Positions 38,326 to 52,041 of a DNA stretch of 64,000 bases are shown here, one piece after another (within the stretch, counting starts at the first letter, position 1; each line of letters opens with the position of its first letter). The stretch spans positions 16,308,001 through 16,372,000 of the forward strand of contig NW_024704743.1 of NCBI RefSeq assembly GCF_018977255.1, given 5' to 3'. A program made the position numbers and the translations under genes. Source of the DNA: Callorhinchus milii (Eukaryota). The notes beneath the pieces are model-generated. The model saw only the letters and a program-made list of their open reading frames with translations. It searched no databases and was not told the DNA's origin.

Positions 38326-38678
38326 GGAGTCCTGTAGCTCAGTGGTTAAAGCACTCGCCTTGCAAGCAAGAGACTTGGGTTTGATTCTGGCATGGCGAAA
38401 CGTTGGGCAACTTTCCTCACTCCACATGCCCGTTTACCGAGAGTTAAGTAGGAACCTAGTTCGATTGGAGGATTGCTTTTCCAGGGGTAATAATTCCTTA
38501 AAAAAAATTTGGTTACTCAATCCACAACTGTTTGTGGGATACTGCTATGTACAATTGGCTGCCGCGTTTTGCCCACAAAATATGCAGTCAATTCACTATA
38601 CAGTATATTCTGTGAAGCGCTTTAGACGCCTTGAAGATGTGATAAAGCGCTGTATCAAATGCAAGGATTATTATTATT
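38326..38678 (+). mobile_element. Full-length SINE family B
   Basis: ggagtcctgtagctcagtgg head, ttgggcaa..ttcctcactccaca..gtttacc..taagtaggaacc body, Deu 3' part, stem-loop and (TTA)n. Confidence 0.88.
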
Positions 38679-40024
38679 CTATGAGACATTAGACCAAGAC
38701 ATCTGCCTGCTCAGGTGAATGTTAAAAATGCCTTAACTGTAACCTGTCATCCTCAGTATCATCCCTTTGCACCTACACTGGACTATTCCTTGACTGTGAG
38801 GGGCATCTACAAGTACAAGTAATACTCCAGTGAGGTCCCATCTACCTGTGAGGTCCCATCTACCTGTTCAGGTGAATGCTAAAGATTCCATGTCACTATT
38901 CAAAAAGAGAAAGGACTTTCTCCCTGGCCAACAATCCCCAAGAAAAATGGTCATTCACTTCATGGCTGTTTGTGGGATATTGCTGTGTGAAACTAGGTGT
39001 CACATCCACCTACAAATATGCATTCCCTAATAGGTAGGGTGGTCCTGACTATACAAGCAGCAGGAAACTTGCCAGACATTGCTTTCAGTTGTAACCTCTG
39101 TGCCTGTAGTTGATTATACTCCAGGAGTACCTCAAACCACATTCTGGGGTAACAACCCTTGAGACTGTCTCGACGCTATATCAAATACAAGAAACATTAT
39201 TATTGTAACTTCAGAGTAATCAATGTCTTGTATAAATTCAACATCACATACTTGCCATTGTATTGAATTGTGCCATAAATAAAACTTAGAATCCCATTTT
39301 TTTAAGAAATAACTTTATCTCAATACAACACTGCTTATTGTAATTACAATTTTTTTAAAAATAGTTTGTCTCTGATGGTGCATGTTCTATCATGAGAATG
39401 TAGTCCAGTGAAATGCGCATATTATTCCACTCACCAGGAAGCACCTTGAACTCATTGGTTACTTTGCCACTTGTCAGTGGGTTTTCATCATTCGCACAAT
39501 AATTTGTCTCTTCTATCGTTCCCCATGGAGTCTCCTCACTTGCTATTCCTGGAGTTTGTCACATTAACTGATAGACTATTTACTAATCACACTGCGCATC
39601 AGACCACAATTTCAGTACAATTTCCGTGCTGACTACAGTGCACAGCAGGCTATGTGTATATCTGAGAAGAACAGCACATCACGTCCTATTAGAAACTCCA
39701 GCTTCTTAATTAATTGTTTTGTCCCCATGAAGGGACCTTCCCATCCACTGAACCCTTCTGTTCCAGTGAGTGGAATATAAGTTGGGTTCGGGATATTTAT
39801 GTGGCTTCATTGGAATTGTACTGCTCAAAAAAACTGGCATTTGGCTCATCATATCTGCATTGTTGCTCACTCATATGAGCCACCTGCAACCCAGCAGGAG
39901 TTCAGCCTCTGACCAGAGTTGAGGCTGAGGGTAGACCTGATGCATCTGGGTATCTGCAGGATTCCCTTTTCATAAAGCCTTTTGCAAATAATTAAAGAAG
40001 TCTTCTACCCCTCCCCCTATCAGT

Positions 40025-40555
40025 GCTTAGTGGCTCAGTTGGAGGCATTCTCACCTCGGAGTCAGAGGGTTGTGGGTTCAAGCCCCATGTCGGGAATTTG
40101 TGCTCAAAACTAAGGCTGACATTCCAATGCAGTGCTGGGAGAACATTGTATTGTTAGAGATGGGGTCTTTCAGGTGAGTCTTTAAACCAAACTGCCTGTT
40201 CAGTTGGATATTAAAAGGTTTCACTCTTCAAAAAGAGAGGGAGATTTCCCGGTATCCTGGACAACAATCCCCAAGTACAATTGGTTATTCATTTCATGAC
40301 TGTGTATGACACTGCTGTGCACAAATTGGCTGCCACGTTTGCCTACGCACATGTTAAAAACTACACTTATAATAATAATAATCATCCTTGCATTTCATAT
40401 CATGTCTCATCACATCGTCGAGATGTCTCAAAGGCTTCACAGAATATACTGTAAAGTGAATTGACTGTATATTTCTTCACAGCGAATGCTGCCTTTGAGC
40501 GCTTTGAGACATTTCAATGGCATGATAAAGTGTGATATCAAATGCAAGTATTCCG
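40025..40555 (+). mobile_element. DeuSINE (family A) split by an antisense SINE tail at ~40369-40474
   Basis: Head tggctcagttggaggcattctcacctcggagtcagagggttgtgggttcaagccc and Deu domain. The tail resumes at ~40475. Confidence 0.8.
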
Positions 40556-41809
40556 ATAACACAATGGTGCAGAAACAGTCAAGTAGTCACCTCAGAAACA
40601 GGAACATATTTATGTCTGTAATTAGAATGAAATGCCTCTCACCCTAATACTAATGCTTTTTAGAAACATCTGGTACTGTTACACTTAGAAAGCGCAAGGG
40701 AACCTCTGCTCATTTAGTCAGATTCATATTAAGAGCTGATTAAAACTGAATTTGCACCAAAATAAACAGCAACTTTTGTCAAAGCAAACATCTATTAAAA
40801 TATTAAATGCAGCTGGCGCTTAGAAGGAGCTGTAATGCCTACTTAGATGAATTGATTTTTACAGCAGAAAAATTAGCCAAAGCTTGACATCAAGTGACAA
40901 GACAATTTCACCACCAGTTTATTTAGATTTAGAACGGTGATTATAATTCAGGTGAAAAGAAAACAGTTGATGCTATTTGAAGCTGCGAATAGGTTCTGTA
41001 TATAAATAAGCTGTACTGAGTTAACAGGCAGGTCAATAAAATCAATAACTCATGTTTACTTATACGTTCAAAATTACCTCTATCTTTTTCCACATTCTTG
41101 ATTTCCCAATCCAAATAATGTATTAAGTCTTTCCACAGAAGCAAAGCTACAATCAGGATGGGGGCAGCATTCTAAGTATGTTCACTTCACGTGGGAGGCT
41201 CTTTCTCAGCGCAGTCCTCATACAATACAGTTGTGATTATAACCCAATTTACTCTGACATTTCGAACTTGACAAAAAGCATTACTGCTGATGGTGGTGCA
41301 GAACATGGAGTGTGTGGGGAGGGGGAGGAGGGGAGAGGAGAAAGGTATAAAAGGAACCACAATAAATTTCACAACATGCCCTTTATATCAGTCTTCACGT
41401 ACAAAACTTGTGGATACATTCTCATTAGGTGATGGGGCCAGATTGCATTATAAGAAATTAATTAATCCCAGCAGATTTCAACTTTGTTAAAATCCCGCAT
41501 GCAGTTTTACACAAGCTTTCCCACTGGCATCCTACAGGTGACAATGTGAAAAGGCTGCACATTTTTTCTAATGAACACACCTACTGCAGATTAGCCATGT
41601 ACAGTCACAAAACACGTGTCTACAAATATAATCACTACACTTGGCAGAAATTCCTTATAAAACACTTTGAGCCTTTTTGGCATTCTAGGCACAATATCTA
41701 ATGCAAGAATTATTGTTATAAAACTATCTCAGATACAAGGATTATTATAAAACTATCTCAATGTAAGGATTATTATAAAACAATAAAAATGTAAGTATTA
41801 TTGCTATAC

Positions 41810-42620
41810 TAATAAATAATCTTTGCATTTGATGAACTATCTACTTATGTCAATGAAATTACTCAAAATTCTTCACAGGATTTTTACTGTAAAGTGTAAT
41901 GATTGTGTATTTGTAAGCAAATAGGGCAACTGATGTCCCATAAACAGCCATGAAGTGAATGACTAATTGTATTTGCAGGGTTGTTGTCCAAGACACTAGG
42001 AGAAACTCCCTTCTCTTTTTAAATACTGTCAAAGGACCTTTAATATGCTTAAAGTGGAGTCCTGAAGCTTAGTAGTTAGAGCACTCGTCTCGTAAGCGAG
42101 AGGACTTGGATTCGATTCCTGAACAAGGCGAAATGTTGGGCAAGTTTCCTTACTCCACACGCCTCTGTTTACCTGGCAGTAAGTAGGAACCCGATTGTTA
42201 GTCAATTGGCGGATCGCTTTTCCAGGGGTAGTCATCCCTTTAATAAAAAAATAATAATTTGGTCACTCACGACTGTTTGTGGGACATTGCTGTGCGCAAT
42301 TGGCTGCCGTGTTTCGCCCACAAAATATACAGTCAATTCACTTTACAGTATATTCTGTGAAGCTCTTTAAGACGTCTCGATGATGTGATAAGGCGCTATA
42401 TCAAATGCAAGAATTATTTTTATTATAGTCCATCTGAACACGAAGATGAGTCCTTGGTTTGACATCTCATTTGAAAGATGTTACCTCTGACAAAACAGTG
42501 CCCCATCAGACCTGGATCAGAACATTAGCCTATGAGCTCATAGTCCTGATGTAGGCCTTGAACCCATAACCTTCTATCTCAGAGGCGAGAGCGATACCAA
42601 CTGGACCAGGCCGACACCTT
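41810..42620 (-). mobile_element. DeuSINE (family A) split by an antisense family B SINE
   Basis: 3' part at 41810-42050 and 5' part at 42430-42620. Confidence 0.8.
42056..42426 (+). mobile_element. Full-length SINE family B nested in family A
   Basis: Complete head, body and tail, colinear with 38326-38678. Confidence 0.9.
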
Positions 42621-42869
42621 ATTCTATGTCAAATGTAATTATTATTATTATTATAAAACTATCTCAAATACAATTTGTTGTATTATTATAAAACAAAAAC
42701 TAAGTTTATCATACATTAGTTAACCAAACCAGCCAGACCTCCTGGCCTTCCCTGTAATGCAGTTATTTTAACACTGTATATTTGCACTGAATTAAATGCC
42801 ATATAATATTGTACATCATTAGAATTCATTGGGTGAAGACCTTTGAGCTTGGAGTCTCAGCTGGCAGAC

Positions 42870-43122
42870 TACTTCCAGGACATCGGGAGAAACTCCCTTC
42901 TCTTTCTGAATAGTGCTATGGGATCTTCATTGTCCATCTAAACAGACAGAAGATCTCGGTTTAACATCTCATCCGAAAGACAGCACCTCCAACAATCAAG
43001 TGCTCCCCCAGTCCTGCACCGGTGAGTCAGCCTGGAATACGAGCTGAAGTCCTGACATGGGGCTTGAACCCACAACCCTTTTGGCTCAGAGGTGAGATTG
43101 CTACAAACAGACCCAGGCTGAA
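42870..43122 (-). mobile_element. DeuSINE (family A) 5' half
   Basis: ctcggtttaacatctcatccgaaagacagcacctcc Deu core plus tRNA head. Confidence 0.85.
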
Positions 43123-44939
43123 CAATAGGTAGAGGAGATCACAAAACGATATTTGATCAGTGTACTATCCTCCATCCTTACAATGTAAGAAGTATTGTCT
43201 TCTGATGTATGAATGGTTCTCACTAGTAACGGGCTTGTTCCTTTACAGGTCACTGTATCTAGCTCAGGGGTGTAATCTAAACAGAAAAAAAACCACTAGC
43301 TTCAATTGCCCTGAGCAACAGTCATTGTTTGATACAAAGAGTGAATCCTGCAGCCTCAGGGTAATGCCCTCAGCAATATTGCCCTTGACAGCAGTCACTG
43401 TTTGTGCAATAGTGTACATAACGATTCTCCACTTGTTCTTAAGTGAATTCAGAAATGCGTTATTCACAAATAATACACAGCTTTAGGTTTATTTTTTATT
43501 CATTGTTGCTACAAACCTTCGAGTCTCTGACATCAACAAGATAATGAAAATAAATCTTTCTCGCATGCAATAAATCTTTATTGCTGTAGAAATCTTTTTT
43601 TTCTGCTGTTGTAACTTTGATTGATCTTGTAATAACCACTTACATTTAACACATTCTAAAAGTGTCACACATAAGTGCAAGGGTACTCGCTTCTTCAGAA
43701 TGTGCGTGATATAATGCACAAAATTAAAAAAAACACACCTGGGGACTACACACCATTTCATTTCTTCAACCTCAATTGTATATTGTTGAACCACATAATC
43801 GGTTTATTGATATTGAAATCTCTGGAACCAATTTCCCTACAGACGTTCATAATAAGCATCCACAGCAATACACACGGGTTAATGCAATACCGAGGCTATT
43901 TGCATCAGTTTGTGTGGGCTCTATTATTTACCCCTTCAACAGTGTATATTTCAGTCTTGCATAGCAAAACATCTGCTACTATAGCGCAGTTTACAACAGA
44001 AAACACCCTCGAATTTCCTGGATAATCACGTCAGTTTCATATCACAAGGCCATAAGTATGTGAAATATTAATTTCCTACCTAAAAGCTTGCTTTTATTTC
44101 CAGTGAGGCATAATATCAGCAATGGACCTGCTGCCTAGATTCACACGAAATCCGTGTAAAATAAGTATCACAGAACAGGACTATTTTTCTTTAATGATGC
44201 ATTTTGCTGGAACTGTTTTATTAAACTCCTCTTTTGGGTGAATATCAGGGAAAACCCTGGACAATGAGATCAGTGTGTTTTTTTTTGCTTTGGATTCTGC
44301 AACAACACTGAAGTCTCTTATGTCAGGAACAGCAGACACTGCTATAGGCTCCTGACTGTGCAACCCAATCTTTGTCTGGGAATAGATCCCCTCTTGCCAC
44401 CTGTGTGAGATATTAATTTCCTGCACTTTTATCCAGGCCCTCTCCGAGCTGAATCTGCTGAATTAGGGGAAATAAACCTTTTACAACAGTTGCTCCCGAT
44501 TGAACATTTCAGTCTCATGAGGATTCTTCCCAGAGCTCGGAGTGAAAACAATTGTCCTCTCCTCGGCTTCCCACAAGTAGTGCAGTCCACAGCCAGTGCT
44601 GTGTAATCAGGACTGGGCAGCATTTCTTCCCAGGCAATGGAAATAGAAAGCGTTCAGAAAAATGATTTTTCAGGGTTACAGGTGATTATAGTGTGAACTT
44701 GGAAGCTCACAGAAACATTTGGATTAAAACAAGTTTCCAGTGCCAGTCTATCCTATCTGAAATGATCCGAAGGGACATTGGTTTCAGCTACACGTATATT
44801 GTGTTTCTTATCAAGTCTGCAGTGCACTACAAATAAACAACAGCAACTACACAAGTCTATGTGTTGGTCGATTTCATGTGCATCTCTTTATATATGAGAT
44901 GTGAATTACTTACATATATGTATCTCTAAATATGACATG

Positions 44940-45180
44940 ATATTGTGTGGTATTGTGAGTATATGTGCACACGTACAAACATGTACATCCACATACATAC
45001 ACACATTGACACTGCTATTCACACATAGTGCACAAACCGGTACACACAAATACATGCGCAACACAAACATACACCCAACACACATAGTGTACAGCGCACA
45101 AAGCACAAAAAAACAGAAATACATGCACCAAACACAAACACACATGTGTCTTTATAGTTTTATATACACACCTGCACACT
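44940..45180 (+). repeat. Degenerate CA-rich tract
   Basis: Interrupted (CA)n/(CATA)n. Confidence 0.8.
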
Positions 45181-46660
45181 AAATCAGTGAGTGCAAAATG
45201 ACTGGTCAACCAATGTACTAAAATTCAGAACTGTATAAAAAAATCTCAATGTTTAAGCCTTCATTGTCCTAATCTATGCATTGTCCTATTCCTCCTCGAG
45301 GAGAAGATAAGCGGAATCTCCTTGGAGCTGAATTGGCTCCAAGGTGACATGTTTGACATCGGAAGGTCGGAATCTGTGACTTTCCTGGCAGTCCAGTTCC
45401 TGAGCCAGGTGGGCAGTATTTTAGGGCATTGCTGATGACAGCACAGCAGGGTTGGCTCAATAGCAGGACTTGGAAAGGCAGACCAGCCACTGGGGGCAGG
45501 GAATCATCCCACTCAGGTCCTGTTAAACCTGCAACGAAAGCCCTAACAGGCAGAGTGGTCCTAGCTGGACAAGCAGCAGGAAAGCTTGCCAGACAGCAAT
45601 ATTAATGGCAAACTAAGTGGTTTTAGCTGGTTAGACTCCAGCAGTACCCCAATGCAGACTTTGAGGTCCCCAAGCCTTGGTTCTTGTGCCTAATACTTTC
45701 TGGCTTTCGGTTAGCAGGATAAACAGCTTTTCCACGTACAGGTGTGATGCATGGAATTCTCAGTTTGGTTTGGATAGTCTCAAGCATGGTGATGGGTTTC
45801 CGTATGTGTCAGACACACAGCTGTCCCTCCAAATAGGAAAGCTATTTCTTATTAGGCTGTGATCACGATCCAACAAGTGTTGCAACTCTTTGTGGTTTTA
45901 AATGAAGAAGCTTTTAGTGCTTTATGCCACTAAACTATCCTGCTGAAGACACAAAATGATTTAGCCTTGAACAGTGAGCTGTAGAACACTGTAACTGAAC
46001 AAAAGTCTGGGACCGAGTGAGTCAAAAGTAATGCGATAGTCCACATTGTGAAATTCAACATTGTTTATCAACCGAGAATATTGATCTGTGATTGACAGGT
46101 ATCAAATTGCAATTCTATTAGTGACTGAGATTAAGGACAGTTATCATCATAATATTAAATCTCTAATATCTTGGTTCATATGTAAGTAAGAGACCATTGC
46201 TGTGTTTAACCATCAATCACCATTCAGGCAGTTAATTGCTGGTTGCTTGTTTTGCACCATGCGCTTGTGTCCATCAGACCGAGAATTTGAGATCTCAGTT
46301 TGCTTCTTGCATTCCAACAGTCTTCCGGTCAGGCAAAGATGATAATTTTTATTATCATCACTACCCAGCTCCCCTGCAGAGTTCGCCTGCAAAGTGCAGT
46401 CACTGCACTCTACTGTGAATCCTGTGAAGCGCTTTGAAACATTTCAACAATTGGAAAAGCTGCTACATCAAATCTAAGGATTATTATTGCTCTCCCCTTC
46501 CCTCCCTCTCTTATATGTGATTTGACTTTTTTATCATTTCCCCAGGGCACAGGTTCATTGAGTGGCAGGTGCCTTCACCCAAATTGTTGGTATTCATTTG
46601 TGGGCCTTGACCAGGAATGCTATGGGAAGACAACAAAACATAATAATAGTAATATAATAA

Positions 46661-46951
46661 TAATCCTTGCATTTAATATAGCACCTTATCAAATCGTTGA
46701 GACGTCTCAAAGTGCTTCACAGAATAATCCGTAAAGTGGATTGACTGTGTATTTTGTGCATGAATGTACGCGTAGCAGTGCCCCACAAATATGTCGTGGA
46801 TTGAGAGAGCAAATATTTTTTTGGTGGGGAGGGATTATTACCCCTGGAAAGTTCTCCGCCACTCGACTAACAACCCGGTTCCCACTTACTGCTAGGAAAA
46901 CAGAGGAGTGTGGAGTAAGGAAACATGCCTAAGGTTTCGCCCTGCCCAGGA
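46661..46951 (-). mobile_element. SINE family B, head truncated
   Basis: Body and tail colinear with the other family B copies. Confidence 0.8.
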
Positions 46952-48544
46952 ACATAGACATTTTCTGCACAGAAGGAATCCATTCAGTCCATTGTATCAG
47001 TGCCAGTGCTGCATGTTTTTTCTTAATCAAGTTGTTTTAATGAATCCCACTTTCCTGATATCCCTTAATGTTTATACTGCTTAGATGCTTATCCACAGAA
47101 TAGCTTGACAAAACTTAACAAAAAGGTCAAAAAAATGCAGAGATGCGCTATTTTATGGACTCCCTCTTTCAGTTTAATTCCACTATAGTGAATAATAATT
47201 ATCCTTGCCTATAAATTAGAAACATCTCAAAACGCTTTACAGGTGAAATCATATCCCTGTGTGGTGAAGCAGAGAGACCTTGTGTTATTACTTCTGCTAT
47301 TAAGTGCTTTAATAAATCCTCCCGACGTAAAAGGCGCTATATAAATATAAGCTGTATTAAAATGTTGTTAAATTGGCCTCTTTTTATTTTGAAGAATGAT
47401 ATTGTGGGTTAATGCAACAAAACAAATAAAGTGACTTTTTTTAAGGTAGAAATGCAACTCATTCAGGAGTTAGGGAAGAGAGTTCTCTGTATCTTGGACA
47501 ACAATCCCCTAAATAAAATTGGCCATTCACTTCATGGCCGTTTATGGGACAATGTTGTGCAAATTTGACTGCATTGACCTACAAAATACATAGTGACTAC
47601 ACTTTACAGTGTATCCTGTGAAGCACTTTGGGACATCATGCAAACATGGAAGGCGCTATATCAAATGTAAGAATTATTATTATTAATCAACACGTAGTCA
47701 GTGTACATTACCTTTGCAAGTTGCTGTCAGATGCAGAGTGTTAGTGTCAATCTCAGACTGGCATATTAAATCGTACACTGGTTTGCCTGTGTTCTACGTG
47801 TCAGTGAGAGACCTGGTTACATGGGTGACCTGACATTCGTGTCAATCACCCGAGTCTGAGCAATCGATTGGCCAGAAAGTTGGGCCCTAAAGCTAACTTT
47901 CAGTCAATCAAACAGATTTTTGTATTTAAAAAATGTCTAGTAGCATCGTGAAGAATGACTACAACAACAACAACATCCATTTATATAGTGCCCTTCACTC
48001 TGGGTAGTGTCCCGGAGCGCTTAACAGTGGCGGAATCTCAGAGTCTGACCCCACCGAATAAAAGTAATGTGAAGTATGAAGCTTAAAAGTTCATTTAGTT
48101 AAGGCAATAGTTTTGGAGAGATGACGTGTGATGGATTATGTAGGGAGAAAGAAAATATTAACAAAATAAAAATTGAGAGAAAATAGAGATGAGTGCAAAA
48201 TGGAAACTAAACTGTGAGAAGCATAGCTAAAGTGCATACATTTTTACATCTGTTGTCTTTATTTTTGTCGGTTTGGATTAATATTGCAGTAATAAAACGT
48301 TATTAAATTGCTTATCCACTGTAATATTAGTATTGTTTTCAGCCTCAATGTTTGCAAGCTGAAAATGTACAGAACCAGTCAGCAAAGGATGACAGGAGTT
48401 TCTCGGTACCTTGTAGCTGTTTAAACATTTAAACATTAAGCAACTGCTAAAGCTATTAGTTTTGATGCAGCTGACTTCAATCAAGTCTACCTGTTGTAAG
48501 AAAGCTTTGCTAATATATTGAACATTGCTATCCCTCTCTCCTCA

Positions 48545-48888
48545 CTTTGTGGCCAGCGTATCGGTGAGTGCACTCGCCTCACAAGCGAGAGGGCCCGGAT
48601 TTGATTCCTGGGTGTTTTCTCACTCCAAACACTTCTGTTCACCCAGCAGTAAGTAGGAACCCTGTTGTTAGTCAATTGACCGATCGCTTTCCGGGGATAA
48701 TAATCCCTTTCAAAAAAATGTGGTCACTCAGTCTACGACTGTTTGTGGGACTCTGCTGTGCGCAATTAGCTGCCGCATTTCGCCCACAAAATATACAGTC
48801 AATTCACTTTACAGTATATTCTGTAAAGTGCATTGCGCCATCTCAATGACTCGATAAAGCAGTATATCAAATGGAAGATTATTATTAT
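48545..48888 (+). mobile_element. SINE family B
   Basis: gcactcgcctcacaagcgagagg head, ctgttcacccagcagtaagtaggaacc body, and tail. Confidence 0.85.
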
Positions 48889-51800
48889 GTATATACACAA
48901 CCCCTCTCACACACAAACACACATAGAAAAAGACAGCAAATTCCATTCTATACAAACACATTGAAAATGTTTGCAAGTGCTTTCAATATTGCTAATCGTA
49001 ATCTAAACCCAATCTGTAGGCATTCGAATGTGGTCACTGCACTTTTCAGTAGATCCTGTGAAGCACTTTGAGAAGTCCTCCTGATGTCACAAGGAGCTGT
49101 GTCAAATATAAGGGGAGGAAAAATGAGAAATTCAATCCCACTAAACATTTGAACTTCAAAAAACAATCAGTTAGGAATCAAAGAATGGTGTGGAGGGGGT
49201 TCTCACCCTGCATTAACATCCACTCTGTAGTAAACCGCATGAGTAGTCATGACGTCCAGACTCTATGACCTAATAAAAATCTCTAGATTGGCTGTGGACC
49301 AGGCTCAAATTAATGTAGCAAAACAGGCTCAACCACCAGTTCCGTGTTTAAGGCAGACCTAGAAAGCAGAAGCATTTGACTCAAATGCTTTATCTACATA
49401 TCCTGTGGAAATTGTTTTATGACCAATTTACACGAGGGGGTAAACAAGAGAGCTGTGATGGTTGAGGACAGACTTTCCATTTTGTGAAGTATGCTTTGCA
49501 CTCAAGCTCCAGGCAGTTTTTAGTCTGAACTCCTTTTCTCGTCAGATCAATGACAAGTCACGTTAACAGCACTGTTTAATTCTATCAATATGTGACCAAT
49601 TGTGTTATATTGCTTGGCCATTGATTTCACTTGGTGCTAAAGTCTATCACTTAAAAAGGCTAAATTTCCTGTGCTGCCACATACAAATGACAAATGCCGT
49701 TAAATGTTTTGTGTTGAAACATTACTCATTCCCATTCTTCCACTCCGCTTGTGGTCTGTGGTCCTTCATTCACATCAATGTCTTTACACTGGTAACTACC
49801 GATAACAAAACACAACGCTAAATCTGAAATTTAAGTGCCAGAAATTATTGAATTCAGAAGCACCAGCTGCAGTGAAGTAATTTCTATTGTAATTTTGGCA
49901 AATTCCAGTTCCCACCGTGCACTTGGCAATTTCCTCCTTTACACACAGCTCTGAACAATCCAGCCAAGCTCCAGATAGTAACATGGTTTACAACAACTCA
50001 AAGAATAGGTTTTGGACGTGTGTGTGTATGCTAGAGAGTGTGTATGTGTGTGTTTGTGTATGTGAGACTCTCTTCCTGAAAACAAGCTAATTTTATTCAC
50101 TGGTTTCTACTAAATGCTTTTATTTTTGGAATGGATCACGCAATGTGTTTTTCATGATCTTTTTCGATCCCTATTCCCTCCCTAGCCAACCAGCTCTCCT
50201 CTCTCTGAGGGGGAAACAACCCCAATGATCAACTGACAAGAAGTGGCACTTAAATGTAGGCAAGCCAGACATTGGGATATCTCACACATTAATGTGTCAC
50301 ACAGAGTGAATTTACTACTATCATACAAGTGTGGACAGGCTCACACTCACTGACATACACCACTGTCACCCTGTGTGGAGAAGTTTGGTGTCTGATTTTT
50401 TGGATGAGAATCAGAGGGGACCTTATAGAGGTTATACTGGGGTTATCCTGCCTTCCTGGCGGTTGAGTGTGAGTGAGGGTTATAACACAGTCATTATTAT
50501 TGTGGAGTGAGTGCCTTACCGGATTCACTCTGGCAAAATATTGCAAATTTTGGATAACTCACTTCTTTTCAGCTAGTGAAGTATTTCTTCTTATACAATT
50601 TTAGATTTTATTTCTAAAGGATTCAAAGACCTGGCGACTCAAATCCAACAGAGATACGGGCTCGAGCTTGTTTTTTTGGCTGATGTGCCGTGGCCTATAA
50701 ACCAGGGATATTGCCTGGTCTGAATCGTACATGGAAATTCCCACTTTATCAGCACCACGTTTTGAGACTGCAGGCAGCAGATGTGCTCCAGCCCCTCTCT
50801 GAATGCAAGGAAGAAACCTCCTGCGATTTAGCTGGAAATTAAAACTCAGAACACAGCTCGGTCAGGCAACTTAATACTTCCAGGCACGTTGCTGGAGTCA
50901 GGGTTGGCCTTAGCCTAAACCTTCAGGGGTTATTTTATTCATATCAGATTATTCTCTGTGTCCAATTCTTACAGAGTTGAAGATATAAAAAGGTTTTAGT
51001 TCCTAAATTCCTCTCACTGCCCACTCAGTGTCTCCTGTTGCTAAGCATTTGAAGTATTCTTTCATGTAAATGTTAGCTGTTCAGCGTGTGCTTTTCCTGA
51101 ATTCTCGTAGTGAGGACAGTGAGTTCAAGATACAGGGGTTTGCCACAACAATAATGTGTACTTATACAGCACCTTTCACATAGGTTGACCATCTAGAAAG
51201 TGCTTCACAAAGGCAATGGAGTGGAGAGGGAAGGAAGGCAATTTGAAAGTATTGACTAAATGCTTTGTCAAAGAGATATATTTTTAAGAGGGTTTTGAAG
51301 GTACAAAGCAAAGAAATATGGGATTTCATAAAGGAGAGGCACAGTGACGGAAAGCCTGGGCATTGATGGTGGAACGGACGGTGCGAGGAATGAGCTGCAG
51401 GTCAGGGTGGGGAGATCGTAGGGCACGGTTAGGAGATGAGGGCAGGAGATTACAATGAGGGAGAGCGGCAAGCTCATGAAGTGATTTGAAGCNAAAAACC
51501 ATTGTGATGATTGAAGGAGGGGTCCGCCTGGTGCAGTGATAGCACTCTCACCTCTGAGAGAAAATTGTGGGTTCAAGCCACAAGTCGGGACTTCAAACTC
51601 AGTCAAGGGTAATGCTCCAATGGAAGCTGGGTGTCCGCTGGATTGTCTGAGGTGCCATCCTTTGAATGAGACTTTAAACCGAGGTCCCATCAGCCTGTTC
51701 AGGTGGATGTTAAAGATTCCATAGCTCTACTTATGTGAAAGTCTAACTTCCTCTTCAATGCATCAATACTATCTGATTTAGCCATCACTTCACGCAGCGA

Positions 51801-52041
51801 ATTCTACAATCTCACTAATCTCTGAATGTAATTCTTTCTACATTCTCTTTCTGATCCCCTCATCGCTCTTTTATATTTGTGGCCCCGGTTATGGATTTCC
51901 CAACCAGTGGAAACAACCTATTTATGGTAACTTTATTGAATGCTTTTATAATTTTAAACACTTCTATTAGTTCCCCCCTTAAATGCCTCTTCTCTAGCGA
52001 AAAAAGGCCTAAACTATTCAGTGTATCCTGAAAGACTCAAG

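Noticed and set aside
38326..38400. tRNA genes at SINE heads
   Set aside because: Each continues into a SINE body and tail, with broken stems. Not functional tRNA genes.
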